Positions 24,337 to 39,247 of a stretch of DNA of 64,000 nt are shown piece by piece (position 1 is the first letter of the stretch; every line of letters begins with the position of its first letter). The notes under the pieces were generated by a model, which did not search any database, was not told the origin of the DNA, and saw only the letters and a program-made list of their open reading frames with translations. A program made the translations under genes and the position numbers. The stretch lies in contig NC_042998.1 of the NCBI RefSeq assembly GCF_006345805.1, forward strand, positions 176,886,001-176,950,000, in the 5' to 3' direction. Origin of the DNA: Octopus sinensis. Its lineage: Eukaryota.

Positions 24337-24530
24337 GTTAATCTAAACATGAAAGCACAAAGAGAAAACACAACAACGCGAGGACGTGGAACAAATATAG
24401 TATTATTGGACGCTCAGGAAGGAAGGGAAGAAGGAGGGTTTTACGTTTCGAGCGGAGCTCTTCGTCAGAAACATAGGAAAAGGAAAGATCCAGAGAAGGG
24501 AAGACGGAGGAAATCGCTCTCTCCTATAGT
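24337..24530 (-). mobile_element. Short HHR-bearing element (family P1)
   Basis: Four copies in the window: 24337, 47808, 48269 and (inverted) 50842-51030, each abutting (TA)n. Confidence 0.7.
24438..24472 (-). ncRNA. Minimal type I hammerhead ribozyme, apparently intact
   Basis: GUUU-CUGACGA-A-GAGC(UCC)GCUC-GAA-ACGU-A-AAAC: full core, GUA triplet, palindromic stem III. Confidence 0.7.
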
Positions 24531-24857
24531 TCACACTCTGTCGTTGTAAATAAGACACCAGGCATGGTAGAAGCGGGCCGCACGATACATTGTTCATCAT
24601 CACGTGGACGGCACCATTAAAAAAAAATCTTGATTTTTTTAATTTAGCGTGCCATTCAGAAAGTCGTGCGGGCTGCAGTTGGCTCATGACTAATATATAC
24701 GATAATGTAGTTCTCCAGTCCCTTAAAAGGGGTAGGAATAGTCAAAGCTGGGATACCTCTGATTATATGTCGGTTTGATCATGGTTGACCTTGACTAAAC
24801 AACAGCAACAACAACGACAACAACAACAACAGCAACAACAACAACAACAGCAGCAGC

Positions 24858-24889
<32 letters not shown>

Positions 24890-25544
24890 CCAGCAGCAGC
24901 AGCAGTAGCAGCAGCAGCAACAACAACAAAAATAACAAAAAAGAGCAGCGATAACAGTAAGAACAGCAACAACAAACAACAACAATAAAAGCAACTTCAT
25001 CAGCAACATCCTCAACAACAAAAACAAGAACCACGGAAATCACGACAAACTACCACGACAGTGACAATAACAACAGCAACGCACTAGAAACCACAGTTCT
25101 AACACGAGAAGAACAATCGCCTGCATGGAAGCAGACAAGAAATTTCCGTATTATATACAAAGCGCAATACAAATGTAATTGTATTTTATTAGTTATTTCT
25201 AATCTCACCAAAAATGAAACCCACGAGGTATGATTTCATAGATTTGTGGCATCCATTTGCTCCATAAAGCGCCACTGTCACGCGAAATGCCTGCAATTCT
25301 GCTATCAAAGAGTTTAAGTTGCCTTCCACTGACTTTATTTAATCGAAGAACATTACTCAGTGAGTGATGGCATTGATGCTGTTTTGGAAAAACTGCTGTC
25401 TCTCTCTCTCTCTCTCTCTGTATATATGTATATAATGTGTGTGTGTGTGTGTGTGTGTGTGTTGTGTGTGTGTGTATGAATTTGTGTTACAAGATTCCTA
25501 ATGTAAAGTCGTTTGTTGAAACAGATATTGTTGTATTTCGGGAT

Positions 25545-25955
25545 TCTATTTTTCTTTTTTTATTCTTTTTGTATTCTTTTAGTTGTTTCAGTCATTTGAC
25601 GGCGGCCATGCTGGAGCACCGCCTTTAGTCGAACAAATCGACTTCAGGACTCATTCTTTGTAAGCCTAGTACTTATTCTATCGGTCTCTTTTTGCCGAAC
25701 CGCTAAGTTACGGGAACGTAAGCACACCAACATCGATTGTCAAGCGATGGTGGGGGAACAAACACAGACATACAAACACACACACACACACACACACGCA
25801 CCACACACACACACGACGGTCTTCTTTCAGTTTCCGTTTCCCAGATCCACTCACAAGCTTTGTTCGGACCGAGGCTAGAGTAGAAGATACTTGCCCAAGA
25901 TGTCAAGCAGTATTTATGAACTCGGAACCATGTGGTTCGTAAGCAAGCTACTTAC
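25545..25955 (-). mobile_element. SINE family A
   Basis: Tail, body, CA tract and head all align with 7710-8123. Confidence 0.85.
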
Positions 25956-25978
25956 CATACAGCTACTCTTGTTTTTTG

Positions 25979-26289
25979 TCAAATAAACACATACACAATA
26001 CATTCGTTCTTCACTCGTTTATTACTTTCCTTATTCTAACTCATGTCTTGTCCGGAAATCTTTCGTCACACATCTCTGACCTCCGCAGCGACACTTTCCG
26101 TCTTCGTGTGTGCTCTTCCTCTGCTTATTCCATAGAAGACCAGAATGGAATATGCAGAGCAAGAGCACACACGAAGATAGAAAATGTCACAGCTGTGTGA
26201 CGAAAGATTTCCGGACAATAGACATGAGTTAGAATAAGCACAGTAATAAACGAGTGAAAAACGAAAATATAGTGCATGTGTTTATTTGA
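25979..26289. repeat. ~310-bp fold-back (inverted repeat) with HHR-like motif in the arms
   Basis: tcttcgtgtgtgctctt / aagagcacacacgaaga; tattccat / atggaata around an 11-nt loop (26134-26144); the outer arms also match. Confidence 0.85.
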
Positions 26290-26352
26290 AAAAAAAAAAT
26301 GACCACCCCAAAATACAACAGTATATATATGTATATAATCTTGATCACAACG

Positions 26353-26386
26353 GCCCGATGAACGGCAACGTGAAACTCTGAGTAGC
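26353..26386 (+). ncRNA. Hammerhead-like motif (U4C variant)
   Basis: GC-CCGAUGA-ACG(GCAA)CGU-GAA-ACUC-U-GAGU-A-GC; stem I is only 2 bp. Confidence 0.35.
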
Positions 26387-26452
26387 AATGTTTGTGATAA
26401 TTCTGTGATGTTTTTGCAGCTTTAATAATAAAGTATATACGCATATAAGATA

Positions 26453-26483
<31 letters not shown>

Positions 26484-26853
26484 GCACACATGCATATATG
26501 GGTACATGACATCACCAACAGTAAACAACATAAAATACGAAAATAGATTAGTTTAATACGCAAACAACGAGAGAAAAATGGAAAACAGGACAAGTAACAC
26601 AAAGAACGACCCTTCATCAGTTGTCGGCTGTCTATCTACTCATTTCGAGAAAACCGAACGAAAACAAAAATGGAGGGTCGTTTGAACAAAACGAGTTAAA
26701 AATAGCGAACGCTGGAGGATTATTTTCTTTGAAAAGAGGAAAGATAGATGAGAGAGATACTACATACCTCTAGTCCTTAGGACAGTCCTGAAGGAAAAGA
26801 AAGATGATCACGTGAGGAAAAGGAAGTATGGACGATGATGACGTGTGAGCAAC

Positions 26854-26885
<32 letters not shown>

Positions 26886-27963
26886 GGAGAGAGAGAGGGA
26901 GAGAAAGATAGAGAACAGTGAAGGGGAGAAAAAGGTATTTAGAAAAAAGGATGGGAGAGAAACCAGTATAGAATAGAGTCGTATCAAAAAGATTAAGATA
27001 AACTTACTTGGAAATGGATGCGTGGCGTTCAATTAAATAATAATATAAATAATGATAATATATATATATATATATATAATGTGTGTGTGTGTGTGTGTTG
27101 GTGTGTGTGTGTGTGTGTGGTGTGTGTGTTGTGTGTGTGTGTGTGTGTGTATGTAGTGTGTTGTGAAAAAATAATTATCTACATTCAAATCTAAGTACCT
27201 GCAGGAAACTCCGTTCATCACTAGTCGATTGAAAATCAACATGATTTCAGTACTTGATGCATTATCATATCTTTCAACAGTACCAATGTTCAGTGAAGGA
27301 ACGGAAGGAATTATGGAAATGTACTCTTTTTTTCTCAGTCCCTTTCAAATTATTAAAATACCTTCATGAAACTGTGACCAGAAATCTTCGATCAGGTTTT
27401 CTTTGGTATCTTCGCACCTTACTCGTCATCACTCTGCTACGCCTCTGAGATTTAAATGCAATTTATTGTAACCTTCATCAACAGAAATCCATACCTTGTA
27501 CCCATTCTTTTTGTTGCTCTGACTGAACCTTTGAAGTCTTTTAAACTGCCGGAATTTCATTTCATGAGTGCACGTTATATTGATTTTATCCAACCGGATA
27601 AACTCACCCTTTCTTTGTTAAATGAGAAAATTTAATGTGTTCTAGACAGCGGTGACAGCAATATTTTACAGAAGCCCGAGAGCTTCCACAAAGTCTAATT
27701 GAATCGTCTCAATCTTTCAAGCCATTCATATCTCTGTGAACTTTTGCTTCCCCTCCACGCATTCCTCTACATGATACGGTGTCATTTTCCCATTGGACGA
27801 TTACCACCGCATGCCCCATGTTGATGACATCATTCACATTTACTTCATGATATTCCAGTCTTAATGCCCCAGCAATAGCATGAGAACATTTTTGCAGCAT
27901 CATGCATGTTCTATGAGAAATGATTGGCATGCGAGAAGTGTGTGACAAATGTCTGCCTGGCAT

Positions 27964-28282
27964 ACTCTCTCTTTACTCTTTTAGTTGTTTCAGCCATTTG
28001 ACTGTGGTCATGCTGGAGCACCGCCTTTAGTCGAGCAAATCGACCCCCCCAGGACTTATTCTTTGTAAGCCTAGTACCTATTCTATCGGTCTCTTTCGCC
28101 GAACCGCTAAGTGACGGGGACGTAAACACACCAGCATCGGTTGTCAAGCAATTCCCTCACAAGACTTTGGTCGGCCCGAGGTTATAGTAGAAGACACATG
28201 CTCAAGGTGCCACGCAGTGGGACTGAACCCGGAACCATGTGGTTCGTAAGCAAGCTACTTACCACAGAGCCACTCCCAGGCC
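27964..28282 (-). mobile_element. SINE family A with internal deletion
   Basis: Head and tail present; the central microsatellite segment is missing. Confidence 0.85.
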
Positions 28283-29781
28283 TATAGGTTAAAATTTTAA
28301 CAAACCTTCCTTAACTTGAAATTAACTCCCGTTATTGATATTGTGCAAAGATGCCTGCTTGTTCCTCAACAGATACACATCTGCTTTTATGTCTCATATA
28401 ACAATGAAGATTCTTTTTAGTTTCAGGACATGCTCTGCTGTACAAATACATATCTCAGATGCCATTTTCTTTTTGCTGGTGTTCTCGTATGGTTTCAAAA
28501 ATATTGGGATTCCCAGAATTCTTCAGCAACATGTGAAGTTGGGAATTTGCTTAATTAAAGTGTTTTGTCTGAGATATTTATTGGTCGCTGAAAGTTTAAT
28601 ATAACGCAACACTGCGCTCTCGTAAATAATGTAACAAAATTTACTCAATTTCGTAAGAATTTGCTTGAATATTTCTCGCTTTCCTTATGTATTTATTGGT
28701 TTTCATACAAGAAAAGACTTGTTTTCATAGCTTAGAAAACATTATCGATTTTAATTGCTTGATCTAAATGTTTTTATATTCTTAGAGGAGAGTACTTTAA
28801 TCCAGAGGAATTAGATGCTATAAGAGTTGTATAAGAGCGTGCTGATCTGCCGCATCCTCAACTTACTTGTCAATAATGGTTAGTTCCTTCCTCAACTAAC
28901 CAAAGATCTTAGCATATTTCTTTGCATCATAAAAGAGCTGTGCATAGATATAACCAATACCCTTTATAGGGTCGTTCTTAATGGTGATAATCATTCCTTC
29001 TTGAATTTTAAAGCAAAAATATTCAAGGCTAGTCTTGTGCATGGAGAAACTAGACACTTAAATAGCTTTGATCCACAAATCCCTATTTCTTAAAATGATC
29101 GGCAACTTGAGTGAAGTGGATTTTTTTTCTTTTCTTCTACTTTACGGAACAGTGATAATGTTCTCTCTTGTGGTTTAAGTGATGGCTGCATAAAAACTTC
29201 CTTTTGTCTTTATTCCTTGTGAGCATTTTCTTGCGTTACTAAAGGATCGCTTCCATGGCCATGTCAAAAAGAATTGTCAAAGTGGTATATTTCCTAACGT
29301 AATGCCTTTTTTTAAAAATATTCCATCGTGAATATCTTCGTAGTGGAGAGCCTGGTTACTAAACGGGTGATTCAAGAGAATTTATTTCACGTGTTCAAAA
29401 CACGGAAGAAATCCAGTGCCTTATGCATATGTTAATGAGGATAATTTCGCTTTGGGTTTGTTACATTAAGCACTTGAAACATCTTTCCCTTTTACCATGT
29501 CACACGCGACAGTTATGCAAGTATTCATGTATGTATATATGCATGCAAGCTGGCATGCATGCATGCTGGCACGTATGTATGTATGTATGTATGTATGTAT
29601 GTATGTATGTATGTATGTATGTATGTATGTATGTATTTAATGTATGTATGTATATGTATAGATACAAGTGTGTGTGCATGTATGTATGTTTGTATGAATA
29701 GATTATGCATGTATATATGCACGCATGTATTAATATATCTGCGTATGTATATATGTATATACACACACATATATACATAAA

Positions 29782-29812
<31 letters not shown>

Positions 29813-29866
29813 CTATATATATATATATATATACAAATATATATGTATATATATATACAATATATT

Positions 29867-29911
<45 letters not shown>

Positions 29912-30103
29912 ATAATGTATATATATATACATATATGTATATATATGTTATATATATACATATATATAATAGACAAAATACATATATATATATACATGTA
30001 TATATAATACTTGCCTCAGGTATATGTACCATATATATATATATATAATATATATATATATGAAATACTTACCTTATTGTATATGTGTACACACACACAC
30101 ACA

Positions 30104-30138
<35 letters not shown>

Positions 30139-30558
30139 ATATTTGCGTGTTTGTGAGGACAGGGAAAAATATTAGGCCTTGAGGAATCAAAAGCAAAATT
30201 TCTAATTAACCGGCAAGTACATTATGATGATAGTACTGACCAACCATCGGTTGTTAATCTCATATACAATAACTTAATACCGTCGTCACGCAGTGGTGTT
30301 TGGTTAAGTCAAAGGTAACTTCGTCAATAAAGGGAAAATACAGAATGATAAAATATGTAATAAACTGAAATATGCACTGGCGTTATTATAATCCATTAAC
30401 AAATAAATAGATGAATAAATAAATAAATAAATGCATAAATAAACTTCTGTTGCTCGAACTGCTGTAGTGCAATGTCTGAAACCGGTAAACAGAATAAAGT
30501 GATGTCCACGTCGTCAGACGTACCGTTTTCCCCTGACAATGATTCCACGTAATTACAA

Positions 30559-30718
30559 TGTATGTATGTATGTATGTATGTATGTATGTATGTAGTATGT
30601 ATGTATGTATGTATGTATGTATGTATGTATGAATTATGTATGTATGTATGCATGTATGTATTTATGTATGTGTATGTTTGTGTGAGTGTATGTATGTATG
30701 TGTGTGTTTGTGTGAGTG

Positions 30719-30752
<34 letters not shown>

Positions 30753-32698
30753 TGTATGTATGTATGTATGCATGTATGTATGTACGTACGTATGTATGTA
30801 TTATGTATGTATGTATGTATGTATGTATGTGTGTGTGTATTATGTATGTATGTTTGTATGTATGTATTATGTATGTATGTATGTATGTATGTATTATGTA
30901 TGTATGTATTATGTATGTATGTATTATGTATGTATGTATGTATGTATGCATGTATGTATGTATGTATGTATGTATGTGTGTATGCATGTGTGTATGTATG
31001 TATGTATGTATGTATGTATGTATGTATTATGTATGTATGTAGGTATGTATGTATGTATGTATGTATGTATGTATGTATGTATGTATTATGTATGTATTTT
31101 TGTATGTATGTATGTAGGTATGTAGGTATGTATGTATGTATGTATGTATGTATGTATGTATTATGTATGTATTTTTGTATGTATGTATGTATGTATGTAT
31201 TATGTGTGTGTGTATGTGCGTGTGTATGTGATTATTCAGTTATGTTTCCAGATTCCTAGCTATTAGAGAAAGAGCCGGTTTCTAACCTAGATCCAAGGCT
31301 TCTTCGTTGGAATTTGAGCAACACCAACAAGGAATTTTTGTTTGTAAGTATGCATATATGCTTGTACGTAATTGCGTATGTATGTATGTATGTATGTATG
31401 TATGTATGTATGTATGTATGTATGGATGGATGTATGTATGTATGTATGTGTGTGTATGTATGTATGTATGTATGTATTGTGTTGTATGTATGTGTGTATG
31501 TATGTATGTATGTATGTATGCAGTATGTATGTATGTATGATGTATTGTATGTATGTATGTATGTATGTATGTATGTATGTATGTTGGATGTATGTATGTA
31601 TGTATGTGTGTGTGTATAGTATGTAGTATGTATGTATGTATGTATGTATGTGTGTATGTATGTATGTATGTATGTATGTATGTATGTATGTATGGACGGA
31701 TGTATGTATGTATGTGTGTGTATGTATGTATGTATGTATGTATGTATGTATGTATGTGTGTATGTATGTAGTATGTATGTATGCATGTATGTATGTATGT
31801 ATGATGTATGTATGTATGTATGTATGTATGGATATGTATGTATGTATGTATGTATGGATGGATGTATGTATGTATGTATGTATGTATGTATGTGTGTTGT
31901 GTGTATGTATGGATGTATGTATGTATGTATGTATGTATGTATGGAATGGAATGTATGTATGTAGTGTGTGTATGTATGTATGAATGTATGTATGTATGTA
32001 TGTATGTAGTATGTATGTCGTATGTATGTATGTATGTATGTATGTATGTATGTATGCATGTATGTAGTGTATGTATGTTGTTATGCATGTAATGGTGTAT
32101 GTATGTATGTATGTGTGTATGCATGTATGTATGTATGTATGTATGTATGTATGGATGGATGGATGATGTATGTAGTATGTATGTGTGTGTATGTATGTAT
32201 GTATGTTATGTATGTATGTATGTAGTATGTATGGACGGATGTATGTATGTGTGTGTATGTATATGTATGTGTGATGTATGTGTGTATGTATGTATGTATG
32301 TATGTATGTATGTATGTATGATGATGTATGTATGTATGTATGTATGTATGTATGTATGTATGTGGGTATGTATGTATGGTATGTAGGACTGTATGTATGT
32401 ATGAATGTATGTAGTATGTATGTAATGTAGTGTATGGGGTCTGTATGTATGCAGTATGATGTATGTATGTATGTATGATGTATGTATGTATGTATGTATG
32501 TATGTATGTATGTATATATGTATGTATGATTCTATGATGTATGTATGTATGATTCTATGTATGTATGTATGTATGATTCTATGTATGTATGTATGTATAT
32601 AATTATAATGATATAGAACATGGCGACTTGTTCATCCTCAAAAGTTATTTCCTCTTATTTTACTCAACATATTTTTATGGTCGGATGATATATCCCTC

Positions 32699-32747
<49 letters not shown>

Positions 32748-32904
32748 CTCTCTCTCTCACCACACACACACACACATACACACAATCACACAACCGCGCG
32801 CGCACACACACGCACACATGTGTATATGTATGCGTGTATGTATGTATGTATGTATGTATGTATGCATGCATGCATTCATGTATGTATGTGTGTATGTATG
32901 TATG

Positions 32905-32935
<31 letters not shown>

Positions 32936-32940
32936 GTGGA
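30559..32940. repeat. ~2.4-kb degenerate (TATG)n array
   Basis: Seen directly; contains the 31229-31330 element. Confidence 0.95.
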
Positions 32941-34098
32941 GATCTTGCAAATAATATTTATTAGTCTATTTTATAATGCTGGAAAGGCACGTACATATGT
33001 GTTCTAATTCTAGGCGCCCTGAGTTCAAATCTTACCGTATTCCATCCGTTGCACCTTTGCCACCACAACCTGGCACCATGCGTACCTTTTACAAAATTCA
33101 CTCCCTTGTAAGCATTCAGTCTAGATCTCCGATTTGAAAAAAAAGCATCCTTCCATCCTCTCGCATATCTCAGACCCCTTGTAAAGTCTCATGAATATTG
33201 CCTCATGTTCTGACTTTTTAGGTAGGCGGGAAGGCAACATTCATGAAAAAACCATATGTATGTGCTTTGCATATAGATAGTTCTTGAAGCTGTTTCTTAG
33301 TCCATTATATTAATAGAATACAAGACAAATCTTACTGCTTCTGAGGGGTTCGTGGAAGTAGAGTCCGTTGCTACATCATTCATAGGATCCTATCAAAAGC
33401 AATCAACAGCTGTTACCTCCTGGACCCACCTCGGGATCTCAGGACATACATACTCCGTATTCCCACCTCGCGCCTCCCAGAATAAGTTGCAGGCTTATTG
33501 CTAGTTTTACTGGTATTAGGTGGACACTGCAAATATTTTTTTTAACGGACACTTCTACATAAAATCCTAACTCATCTCTTGTTAGCCTGCTTTACGTACG
33601 ATGATTCCTCGCTATTCTTTTGAACCTTTTCCCTGTTGCAGCTTTTGTTGATCTTATTCGTGTCAGGTACCAAGCTGGTAACTGTATTGGTCCCGTGAAG
33701 CTTACTGTTGATTATAGTTAAAGGGCTATGGCCAACATACTACGGGTGTCAAAATATATTTAGTTAATTTCAATTACCCTCGTCATGAATATCTTTAAAA
33801 ATGCATTAGCTTTATTAAATCTTTTCCAGAAGGACATGGGGCACAAGTCTGAAATCCAAATTTTAAAAAGATTGGTAGCATGGAGTAAGACAAAACGGTC
33901 TTTGTTGTTATTGCTGTTCATGATGATGATGATTAATATCATCCATATTATCAGAGACAAGACATCTTACCTATACTATGAGTGATATAGCTGATATTAT
34001 CTATGGTATTATTGACGTAGCGTATAATATTCATATTATAAGAGCAACAGTGCATATGACTTATAAGAGCTATATTACTCATAGTATAAAAGCTCTAT

Positions 34099-34387
34099 GT
34101 GGAGGTGCAATGGCCCAGTGGTTAGGGCAGCGGACTCGCGATCGTAGGATCGCGGTTTCGATTCCCAGACCGGGCGTTGTGAGTGTTTATTGAGCGAAAA
34201 CACCTAAAAGCTCCACGAGGCTCCAGCAGAGGGTGGTGATCCCTGCTGTACTCTTTCACCACTCTTCTGTTGGCCTGCTTGCTTAGCCAGCGGGGTGGCG
34301 TCATTCGAAGGCTAAAACAATGCGAACGCATTGTGACCAGCGATGTGTAACTACATCTGATGGACTGGTCGGTCACGTGATCACGTG
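34099..34387 (+). mobile_element. tRNA(Arg)-like-head SINE, full length
   Basis: tggcccagtgg and gtttcgattcc boxes; anticodon-like tcg; TSD ataaaagct(c/a)tat at 34086-34098 and 34388-34400. A 3' fragment of the same family is inverted at ~63250-63345. Confidence 0.85.
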
Positions 34388-34646
34388 ATAAAAGCTATAT
34401 AACATATTACTCAGAGCTAAGTTGAAATTTACACGTTTTCGCATCATTAACATAACCAAACTTCTGTCGCTTTTAGGAATTCATATCTAATGAGCAAGCC
34501 CTCTCATTTTAAATGCAGTCAACCATTTTGTGCATCGTCAATGCCTATTATTTCATATACATTGTAATTCAATACTAGTGCGGCAAACTATTGCTGTGAA
34601 GTGTGTAGAGCCTCATTAAAGAGGAAAAGATAGAGCTAGATAGATA

Positions 34647-34723
<77 letters not shown>

Positions 34724-36095
34724 TGCTACCTGGTCGTTAATCCCTTGCTAGAAATAGCAGTCAAATCGAATGAAAATTATAGACTACCATCTTAGAAAAT
34801 TAGCATTGAATAATGTAATCTGGATTAGTTGATGCCTTAGGGGGAAAATGGGGTCATGTCACAGATGGAATGTCTTTTTGTCAGTCTGCTCAATCAGATT
34901 CATCTTGGGGCAAAAAAGAAAACAAGAGCGCCACCAAGCCAACAATTATTGTAAAATGTTTAGAGGTCCGTTAAAAAGAATTTCTACCTGGTCGCTTATC
35001 GTGTGCTAGAAATAGCAGCCAAATCTACATCAAATCATATACTGCCGTATTAAAAATGTCAAATTGGATCATGAGATACCTATAAAAACAGACCGGATGG
35101 TTACGGGCAGAATTATTTTATAGTATTGCTTAATCAGGACCATCTTAAGGCTAAAAATGAAATCACCATATACCAACAACTATTGATATGAAGAGTATAG
35201 CTTACCATAAGGGAATGCATCAAGCTGCTCATTCATCATGTGCTAGAAATAACAGCCAAATCTACCTTAAATCATATACTGCCGCCTTAAAAAAGTCACG
35301 TTGAATAATACAATCCGGGATAATCTATACTTTGGTAAAAAAGACGAAATAATATATTTTATTGGTCTGTTCAATCAGGATCATCTTGGGTCTAAAAAAA
35401 AATAACGACATGAAGCTTACCACTACACCAACAATAACTCTAATGAACTAGTTCTCTATTACCATACTCATTCAACCACTTCTCTTGGCTTCAGTACTTG
35501 TGATTTCACATACCTTACGATTCAATACTGGCATCTCAAATTATTGTGTTTCGGGAATGCTACAAAATATATAGGTGTCCATTTTGACGTGTCACTAATT
35601 TTCAGCAACAATGTTGATAACATTTGCTACAGCTGCTCTCTCTCTCAGGAAAATAACATGTAATAATAGACATTTTTTTCTCCCTCTTATTGTGAAATCC
35701 TTATTCAAACCTTGATTACCACCATATTGGAGATGCGATATTCTTTGTTGGCTTCTATAGGTCAAACAACGATAAATTACGACGTGTATGGAATGTTGCT
35801 CTCCATCTTATTTATGTGCAATACATGCAGTTGTAAGAATAACAAGGATTGCTATGCAGAATTTTTTTTATTGACTTAATATTGATCAGAAACGTAGAAC
35901 AAGGGCAAGCTTTTTGTCAGTTGATTCCATCAACCACTTTCGATCCCCATTTGAATCACTTAATTACTTCTATAAGGCACTTGAGATAAGCATGTCTGCT
36001 ACACAATATTATTTCTCGCTTCTGTGAATATATGGATTTTTCTTATATATATATATATATATATATATAACTATATCTATGTCTATCTATCTATA

Positions 36096-36191
<96 letters not shown>

Positions 36192-36272
36192 ATCATCTAT
36201 CAATCTATCTATCTATCTCTATCTATCTATCTATCTATTCTCTCTCTCTCTCTTCTCTCTTCTTATAATAAT

Positions 36273-36336
<64 letters not shown>

Positions 36337-36853
36337 GTACGTATGTATGTGTCTGTATATGCATGTGTACACATATACGTATATACACATGTACATATAT
36401 ATATATCTGCATTATATATATAATGATGATAATATCAGAGAGTATGGTTTTATCTCTAATTCATATTTTATATATATATATACGTACATACCTGAAATGC
36501 TTGTTTGTGAGTGTATTTTGTTCTGTATATTCATAAAAGATATTGGAATGCTACCGGAATACAATTAAGGAACAGAAGTGAAACCTGAAGGCTTTTTTGT
36601 TCAATTTTATTAATATAATGTTCCCCGTCATTTTTATTTCCGCCCCAATTTAAGCTTTAGTTATTATCAATTGTTTTTGAAAAATAAATAAATGAATAAA
36701 TAAATAAAAATAATACCATTAATATTATTATTGTCGTGGTTGACTTGTACTAACGAAATCAGTTTTAGTTATATATGTTATTCTTTTAATAGCTAATTTA
36801 TGTATGTATATATATATATTGATATATAAGCAATAATAAATCTCTGAACGAGG

Positions 36854-36893
<40 letters not shown>

Positions 36894-36972
36894 CAATATA
36901 AATCTAACGAGGTATATAATATAATATAATATATATGATATGGATATAAAGCAATATAAATCTCTGAACGAT

Positions 36973-37064
<92 letters not shown>

Positions 37065-37767
37065 TATATATACGCTAGGTAGTCAGGAAACTGGACAGAT
37101 TATTATAGAATGTTTATAGTAACAAGGCATGTTCTTTCATATTATTAAATCTACCTTTTAAATGCATTTTGTAACTTGGTTATGTCTCACAACTGAACTC
37201 CCAGAACTGGCGACCAAAGATACAAATAGTGTCTCGGTATGGAACAGGATTAATTTTCGAAGAACTTTACCCGTCACCAAAAATAGGAAAGAAACCTGCT
37301 CCGAGGAAATATTTCTTATCTTTACTTATACCACAATTAAGTTGCACTGCAGGACAGAAATAAATAAAATGGTGGGTGCGAATTGCAAGAAGAGATATTT
37401 TATGGTAAACGGAAAGGAAAAAAAAAAAAAAAGAAAAGAAAAGAAAAATGAAAGAAAATGGGAAAGAATAAAAAAAAACGAACAAAAAATAACACGAGTT
37501 TTATCAAAATAGTTATTAATCTCATGTGTACTGTTATAAAAGTGTGGGCAAATAGCTTTAACGAAATGGTGACACTGTGATGGTAATTCTAAAGACAGTC
37601 AAGATTCGATGAATTGAACTCATTAGAGGAAAAAGATTACTGCAAGCAATACTGAAGCTAAACAATAAAAGCTGATCTTAAACTGAAGATAGCGCATCTA
37701 TACTACTATAGCATTAAAATAGTTTTATGGAGAGAAAGAGAAAGAGCGAGCGAGCGACTGTGTGTGT

Positions 37768-37825
<58 letters not shown>

Positions 37826-38331
37826 AGAGAGAGGGGATAAGAGAGGGAGAAAGATGGCGGATTTTTTTTTAAATGCAATGCATTATAAAATAGTCCACAG
37901 AATATGACGTCGATGTTTTAATTGACAATATTACAATAATAGCCACCATTTATAAGAATGTCCTCTAGCATCGGTGATGGTGGATGCGGGGGTAGCGGTA
38001 GTCATGGTGGTAGCGGTGCTCGTTATCATCAGTGTTGCTCGGTCTACAGCCACAATCAGTTCTGATTGCTGCACGATTAGGATATGTATATAGTCATTTA
38101 GAGGCAAGGTCGGATCTACTGACGAAGTGCCCCCAATTTATCCTGCCTAGTTGGTTATGAGGACCACACATAGGGACAAGCAGTGGTTTATCATACAAGA
38201 AGCAGTGTAGCTGTCTGCACATGTATTTCTCTAACGTCCATTCTGTTCCTCTGTGTCCGTTGTTGTTCTTTTTGGTGCTGCTGCTGTTCCAGCTGTTGTT
38301 ACTATTGTAGTTGCTGTTATATATGTTCTTT

Positions 38332-38686
38332 AGGAGGGGCTGTGTGGTAAGTAGCTTGCTTACGAACCACATAGTTCTGGGTTCAGTCCCACTGCGTGGC
38401 ATCTTGGGCAAGTGTCTTCTACTATAGCCCCGGGCCGACCAAATCCTTGTGCGTGGATTTGGTAGACGGAAACTGAAAGAAGCCCATCGTATATATGTAT
38501 ATATATATATTTATGTGTGTGTGTGTATGTTTGTGTGTCTGTGTTTGTCCCTCAAACCGGTTCGGCAAAATAGACTGATAGAATAAGTCCTGAGGTCGAT
38601 TTGCTCGTCTAAAGGCGGTGCTCCAGCATGGCCACAGTCAAATGACTGAAACAAGTAAAAAAGTAAAAGAGTAAAGAGTAAAGAGT
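38332..38686 (+). mobile_element. SINE family A
   Basis: Aligns with 7710-8123; an older inverted copy with a ~450-bp CA expansion follows at ~38700-39412. Confidence 0.85.
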
Positions 38687-39206
38687 ACTTTTGTTTTGGT
38701 TCTATCAATTTCTTTTACGGAGCCACTAAGTTTCGGGAAGGTAAAACACAAACAAACAAAATCCAACGCCAGTTGTCAAGTGGTGGAGATCCTTGACAAA
38801 CACAGACACAAAGACAGAATCACTTTCACACATAATCACACATACACACACACACATGCTCACACACACACACTCACTCACACACATATGCACACTCACA
38901 CTCACACACAAGCAAACACACATGCACATGCACTTACACACACACTCACTCACACACACATGCACACACACACAAGCACACACACTCACTCACACACACA
39001 TGCGCACACACACTCACCCACACACATGCACACACACATGCATACACACATGCACACACACACATGCACACTCACACACATGCACACACATGCACACTCA
39101 CACACAAGCACACACACATGCACACTCACACTCACACACACACACAAGCACACACACACACATGCACACACACACACACTCACTCACACACACATGCACG
39201 CTCACA

Positions 39207-39247
<41 letters not shown>

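Noticed and set aside
26605-26650. CUGAUGAAGGG and GAAA halves on the minus strand
   Set aside because: No stem I complementarity could be formed.
30396-32954. Many long ORFs (MYVC/HTYI repeats), and similar ones throughout the window
   Set aside because: Translations of TATG, TA, CA and TATC microsatellites that happen to lack stops.
34099-34175. tRNA-Arg gene (also tRNA-like heads at 668, 7710, 23307)
   Set aside because: The heads continue into SINE bodies with tails and TSDs, and the cloverleaves are incomplete.
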